Shown here one piece after another: positions 28,685 through 31,903 of a stretch of 31,903 nt of DNA. The DNA comes from Candidatus Dadabacteria bacterium (GTDB lineage Bacteria; Desulfobacterota_D; UBA1144; Nemesobacterales; CSP1-2). Below the pieces are notes generated by a model. That model had not been told where the DNA came from. It saw nothing but the letters and a program-made list of their open reading frames with translations, and made no database searches. Positions within the stretch are counted from its first letter, which is position 1, and each line of letters begins with the position of its first letter. A program made the position numbers and the translations under genes. The stretch is taken from assembly GCA_040289575.1 (NCBI GenBank), contig PSLL01000015.1, forward strand, positions 4,321 through 36,223, read 5' to 3'.

Positions 28685-29704
28685 ATGTTTTGGAAATTTG
28701 AACTTCACTCCCATAGAGATGATATGCATGACAATAATGAACAGGGTCATCATATACACGGCGTAATAGAACCTTCAATTGCGACATCCGAGAGGGGGAT
28801 CTGGGCTATCAAATGGTCTTTTATGGGACTTATGGCAACAGCCTTATTACAGGTCTTTGTCGTTCTGATCTCGGGAAGCGTGGCTCTTATGGCCGATACC
28901 ATTCACAACTTTGGCGATGCCGCAACTGCTATACCCCTCTGGATTGCATTTATGCTTTCAGGGTGGAAACCCACAAAACGCTTCACATACGCCTATGGCC
29001 GTGTGGAAGACCTTGCAGGCGTGGCAATTGTATTGATTATTCTGTTTAGTGCTATTGTTGCCGGTTACGAGTCTATTAATCGCTTCATCCATCCGCGTTT
29101 GGTAGAGAATCTCTGGGCTGTAATTGCCGCTGCAGTGATTGGCTTTCTCGGCAATGAGATTGTAGCTGTCTTTCGAATCAGGGTTGGTAGGGAGATAGGG
29201 AGTGCCGCCCTAATTGCAGACGGATACCATGCGCGGGTTGATGGTTTGACAAGCCTCGCTGTGCTTTTTGGAGCGTTGGGAGTGTGGCTTGGCTATCCGC
29301 TTGCAGACCCTATTGTGGGTCTCCTTATTACGGCCGCAATAATCGGCATTGTGTGGCAATCTATAAAAGCCATCTTCACTCGCTTTTTGGATGGGGTAGA
29401 GCCTGGGGTGATAGATGAGATTAGACATGCGGCGCTTCATGTTTCGGGGGTTCGAGAGGTGACCGATGTGCGCGCCAGATGGGTAGGTCATAGGCTGCAT
29501 GTAGAGGTCAATATCGCGGTGTCTCCGGAACTCTCTGTGGTAGAGGGCCATGGAATTGCTAAAGAGGTTCACCATCAACTCTTCCACCATCTAGGCTACC
29601 TTTCTGTGGCTGTAATACATGTAGACCCAATTGAAGAGTCCGGCGAGCACTATCATCGCATAGCAGAGCACAGCCACGACGGACTGCCAATTCATTCCCA
29701 TTGA
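28685..29704 (+). CDS. Cation diffusion facilitator (CDF) family metal transporter
   Basis: SGSVALMADTIHNFGD (HxxxD), FTYAYGRVEDLAG, SAALIADGYHARVD (HxxxD), ADP, C-terminal dimerisation domain ending IHVDP, His-rich termini. Confidence 0.95.
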   Translation: MFWKFELHSHRDDMHDNNEQGHHIHGVIEPSIATSERGIWAIKWSFMGLMATALLQVFVVLISGSVALMADTIHNFGDAATAIPLWIAFMLSGWKPTKRFTYAYGRVEDLAGVAIVLIILFSAIVAGYESINRFIHPRLVENLWAVIAAAVIGFLGNEIVAVFRIRVGREIGSAALIADGYHARVDGLTSLAVLFGALGVWLGYPLADPIVGLLITAAIIGIVWQSIKAIFTRFLDGVEPGVIDEIRHAALHVSGVREVTDVRARWVGHRLHVEVNIAVSPELSVVEGHGIAKEVHHQLFHHLGYLSVAVIHVDPIEESGEHYHRIAEHSHDGLPIHSH

Positions 29705-29707
29705 AGA

Positions 29708-29861
29708 GAAATTCACTCGGGGTTTAAAGGCGGCGCTTGAGAAAACCAACTCTGCGCTTTAAGGTAAAAATGGACATTGGTCTTTATTTGTTTCTGAGGA
29801 TTTGACAATCAGTGGAAACTCACATAAGGTCTAAAGCGACGCTTAAAGAAATGAACTCTGC
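29708..29861 (+). pseudogene. Two tandem degenerate relics resembling the C-terminus of a DUF1259-type protein
   Basis: Imperfect direct repeat 29708-29755 / 29815-29861 (35/48). Translations KFTRGLKAALEKTNSAL* and LVFICF*GFDNQWKLT*GLK/ATLKEMNS; family assignment is from recall. Confidence 0.45.
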
Positions 29862-29894
29862 TGAAGGAAATAGATTAAAAAGGGGACAATTGGT

Positions 29895-30359
29895 ATAAAC
29901 TACGCACACATCCATTTGATGCTCAATCACATTCCGGTAATTGGGGTAGGCTTTGTAACCCTGCTCTTTATTGTGGCTGTGGTGCGAAAAAGCGGCGAGC
30001 TCATTGCCGTAGCCCTTGGCTTTACCGTATTTCTGTCATTAATGACGGTTCCGGTTTATCTAACTGGACCATTAGCCGAAGGGGTTCTTGAGGATTTGCA
30101 TTTGCCGGAAATATCGAAGGAACGGATCGAAGTGCATGAAGAAAAGGCAGAGATAGCCTTTATCTTCGTTGAGATTACCGGAGCGCTTGCCATTATGACC
30201 CTAATTATCTGCCGGTACTCTAATAGGCTGGGGTGGGTAATGATTGTCTTGACCCTCTTGGCTCTTATAATAAGCGGGGGACTGGTTGTCTGGACGGCAG
30301 ATTTAGGTGGTAAAATACACCATCAAGAGATACGTTCTGATACGGGTTATCGTAATTAA
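29895..30359 (+). CDS. Four-TM membrane protein with conserved His (DUF2231-like); start codon non-canonical or lost
   Basis: Frame extends upstream of TTG 29916 as ATA-NYAHIHLMLNHIP; motifs YLTG..AE, HEE.A, GG.I.H.EIR; AGGGG SD 9 nt before ATA. Confidence 0.65.
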   Translation: MNYAHIHLMLNHIPVIGVGFVTLLFIVAVVRKSGELIAVALGFTVFLSLMTVPVYLTGPLAEGVLEDLHLPEISKERIEVHEEKAEIAFIFVEITGALAIMTLIICRYSNRLGWVMIVLTLLALIISGGLVVWTADLGGKIHHQEIRSDTGYRN

Positions 30360-30410
30360 ACTCAACTTATGATTTTGGCTTTGCCTTGTTGCAATTGCAG
30401 GCAGGCAAAA

Positions 30411-31378
30411 CTACCTGGCTTTTCTCTGCTTAAAAAACTCAATAAGTTCAAGTTGGACTGGGCCTGGATACTCTTGTCCATAATAAACAACCTGGTTCTT
30501 TCCGCCTCGTTTTGCCCCATAAAGGGCGTCATCCATCTTAATAAGAAGTGCATTTATATCGTCTTTTCTATCGTACTGATATACCTCCCATACTAAGTGT
30601 GGGATTTATTTCGTCCCCTTCTGGAGTATGTATTGGATTCTCCTTGAGTGCTATACAAATACGCTCTAGTACCTTTGTTGAGGGTTCTTCTTTAGTACTA
30701 AACAATACTAGTACAAATTCATCGCCGCCCCATCTTGCAAGCCAGTCGCCCTTGCGAATGTTTTTTTTCGATAATGTTGGTAATGTGTTTTAGACAGATA
30801 TCTCCCGTATCATGACCGTATTGATCATTAATGAGTTTCAGGTTATCAACATCTAGTATAACCAGTGTCATTGGATCACCGCTGCGATGCACACGTGCAA
30901 TATCTTCTACTAAACGCTTTTCGCCTCCATGGCGGTTATAGACTCCGGTTAGATAATCCATTATGGACGCCTTCTTAAGTGAGTCAATGACCTTATCCAA
31001 GTGTTCGACTGTATATCGAACATCTGCCATTAACTGGCCGGCCTCGTCTGTAAAGTGATCAGGAAGGTCTGGTATCCTTTTATTGATTATATATTCGCGT
31101 AATTTCTGGGAGGCCAATCTCAGGGGTGTGAGGAGCGCATGCAACATATAAAGTGAAAAGCCTGTTCCTAAGAGGGTAGAAATCAGGGCAATAGCTAAAA
31201 TGTGCAGAATTGACTTGAGACCCAAAGGATGGGAAAGCAAAAAGTAAAATATCAGGGCAATGAGCGGAACATGGGTACCAATAAAGGCAGACAATAGGAT
31301 TTTCCCCCTATAGCTCTTTGGGAATGGGAATCTTGATAACAACAAGTAGAGCTTAAGATTGCCTGTATTCATCGTCAT
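30411..31378 (-). pseudogene. 2-TM/HAMP-like diguanylate cyclase (GGDEF) with two +1 frameshifts
   Basis: DYLTGVYNR, LDVDNLK.INDQYGH..GD in frame; after the A8 run (30761-30768) IRKGDWLARWGGDEF; after a second shift near 30584 DDALYGAKRGGKNQV; restored stop at 30411. Confidence 0.88.
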
Positions 31379-31390
31379 TATTATATGATC

Positions 31391-31405
31391 GCAAATTCTA
31401 TGCCA
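31391..31405 (-). promoter_or_regulatory. Sigma54 (-24/-12) promoter
   Basis: Minus strand TGGCATAGAATTTGC = TGGCA-N6-TTGC, exact GG-N10-GC spacing, 12 nt upstream of the GGDEF ATG. Confidence 0.75.
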
Positions 31406-31475
31406 TAGAGGTTCTTAAGTATTTCCCAGTACCCCTGTGTTAAAAATCTCTAGGCTTACAAGAGCTTATTAATAT

Positions 31476-31530
31476 AGACAATTCTTGCCAAAATTAGTGA
31501 ATATTGTCACAGTATGACAATTTATGGCAA
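31476..31530. promoter_or_regulatory. Candidate enhancer (bEBP upstream activating sequences)
   Basis: Perfect palindrome ATTGTCA-N5-TGACAAT (31503-31521); further half-sites TGGCA (31525), AGACA-N5-TGCCA (31476-31490). Confidence 0.55.
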
Positions 31531-31674
31531 CGAAAAACTCCTCCCCCCTGGATTAGAGATACTCTTACCAGTTAGAGTAAATATATCTATATTGAAAAAA
31601 TGAATCAATTTGGTATCCACTAGGTATTTCTGAATGAGACAGATTCTGGATTGTCATACTGAATGGGCTCAATA

Positions 31675-31903
31675 TTAGATGCCGAGACTACCCCTGATTG
31701 TCTGCACAAGCGCCTTTGGACTTGGTGTTATATCAACAACGATTGCATCCCCTTTTGGTTCCTCTAAGATCTCAAGCTGGCTCTGCAGCAAAGACGGGTC
31801 TATAAAGTGCCTGTATCTTCTCGTTAACCTCTCTTGTATAAGGCTAAATTCCCCCTTGAGAAAAACGAATTTTACTTCTTCTTTGTCTATTTGTATATAC
31901 TGC
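31675..31903 (-). CDS. Gluconokinase (GntK/IdnK-type), C-terminal part
   Basis: Manual translation: VKFVFLKGEFSLIQERLTRRYRHFIDPSLLQSQLEILEEPKGDAIVVDI...LGI*; HF..SLL.SQ...LEEP is characteristic. Not in the ORF track. Confidence 0.85.
   Translation of the reverse strand, partial: QYIQIDKEEVKFVFLKGEFSLIQERLTRRYRHFIDPSLLQSQLEILEEPKGDAIVVDITPSPKALVQTIRGSLGI

Noticed and set aside
29708..29861. Direct repeat as a mini CRISPR array
   Set aside because: Only two copies at about 73% identity, no cas genes, and the repeat translates as protein-like sequence.
30362..30793. ORFs 30362..30553, 30369..30596 and 30548..30793
   Set aside because: Alternative-frame or antisense shadows of the frameshifted GGDEF C-terminus.

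Overview
Bacterial chromosomal window. Gene order and protein style suggest a deltaproteobacteria-like lineage, but this is inference and the taxon cannot be determined from the window. Left part: 5' end of cobA, a small lipoprotein, a DHA2 MFS exporter, an ECF sigma / zinc anti-sigma / Spy-CpxP-like trio, a decayed MNT-HEPN toxin-antitoxin pair, uvrB coupled to a TgpA-type transglutaminase, a Yip1-like protein and an acyl-CoA ligase. Centre: the intact operon rimP-nusA-infB-DUF503-rbfA-nrnA-truB-rpsO-pnp, then miaA, a half-size TauE/SafE protein and a TPR protein. Right part (about 24.2-31.9 kb) is a partly decaying accessory stretch: frameshifted cupin, KdpD with no kinase domains, acyl-CoA synthetase, CDF transporter, two DUF1259-like relics, a membrane protein apparently starting at ATA, a doubly frameshifted GGDEF gene behind a sigma54 promoter with enhancer-like palindromes, and the 3' end of a gluconokinase. 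Intergenic regions hold several families of REP/MITE-like palindromes, and one 24-nt copy appears inserted in frame inside nrnA. No rRNA, tRNA, CRISPR array or transposase was seen. I found no clear-cut new multi-gene system; the best leads are the kinase-less KdpD, the coding-sequence repeat insertion and the sigma54/enhancer/leaderless architecture.
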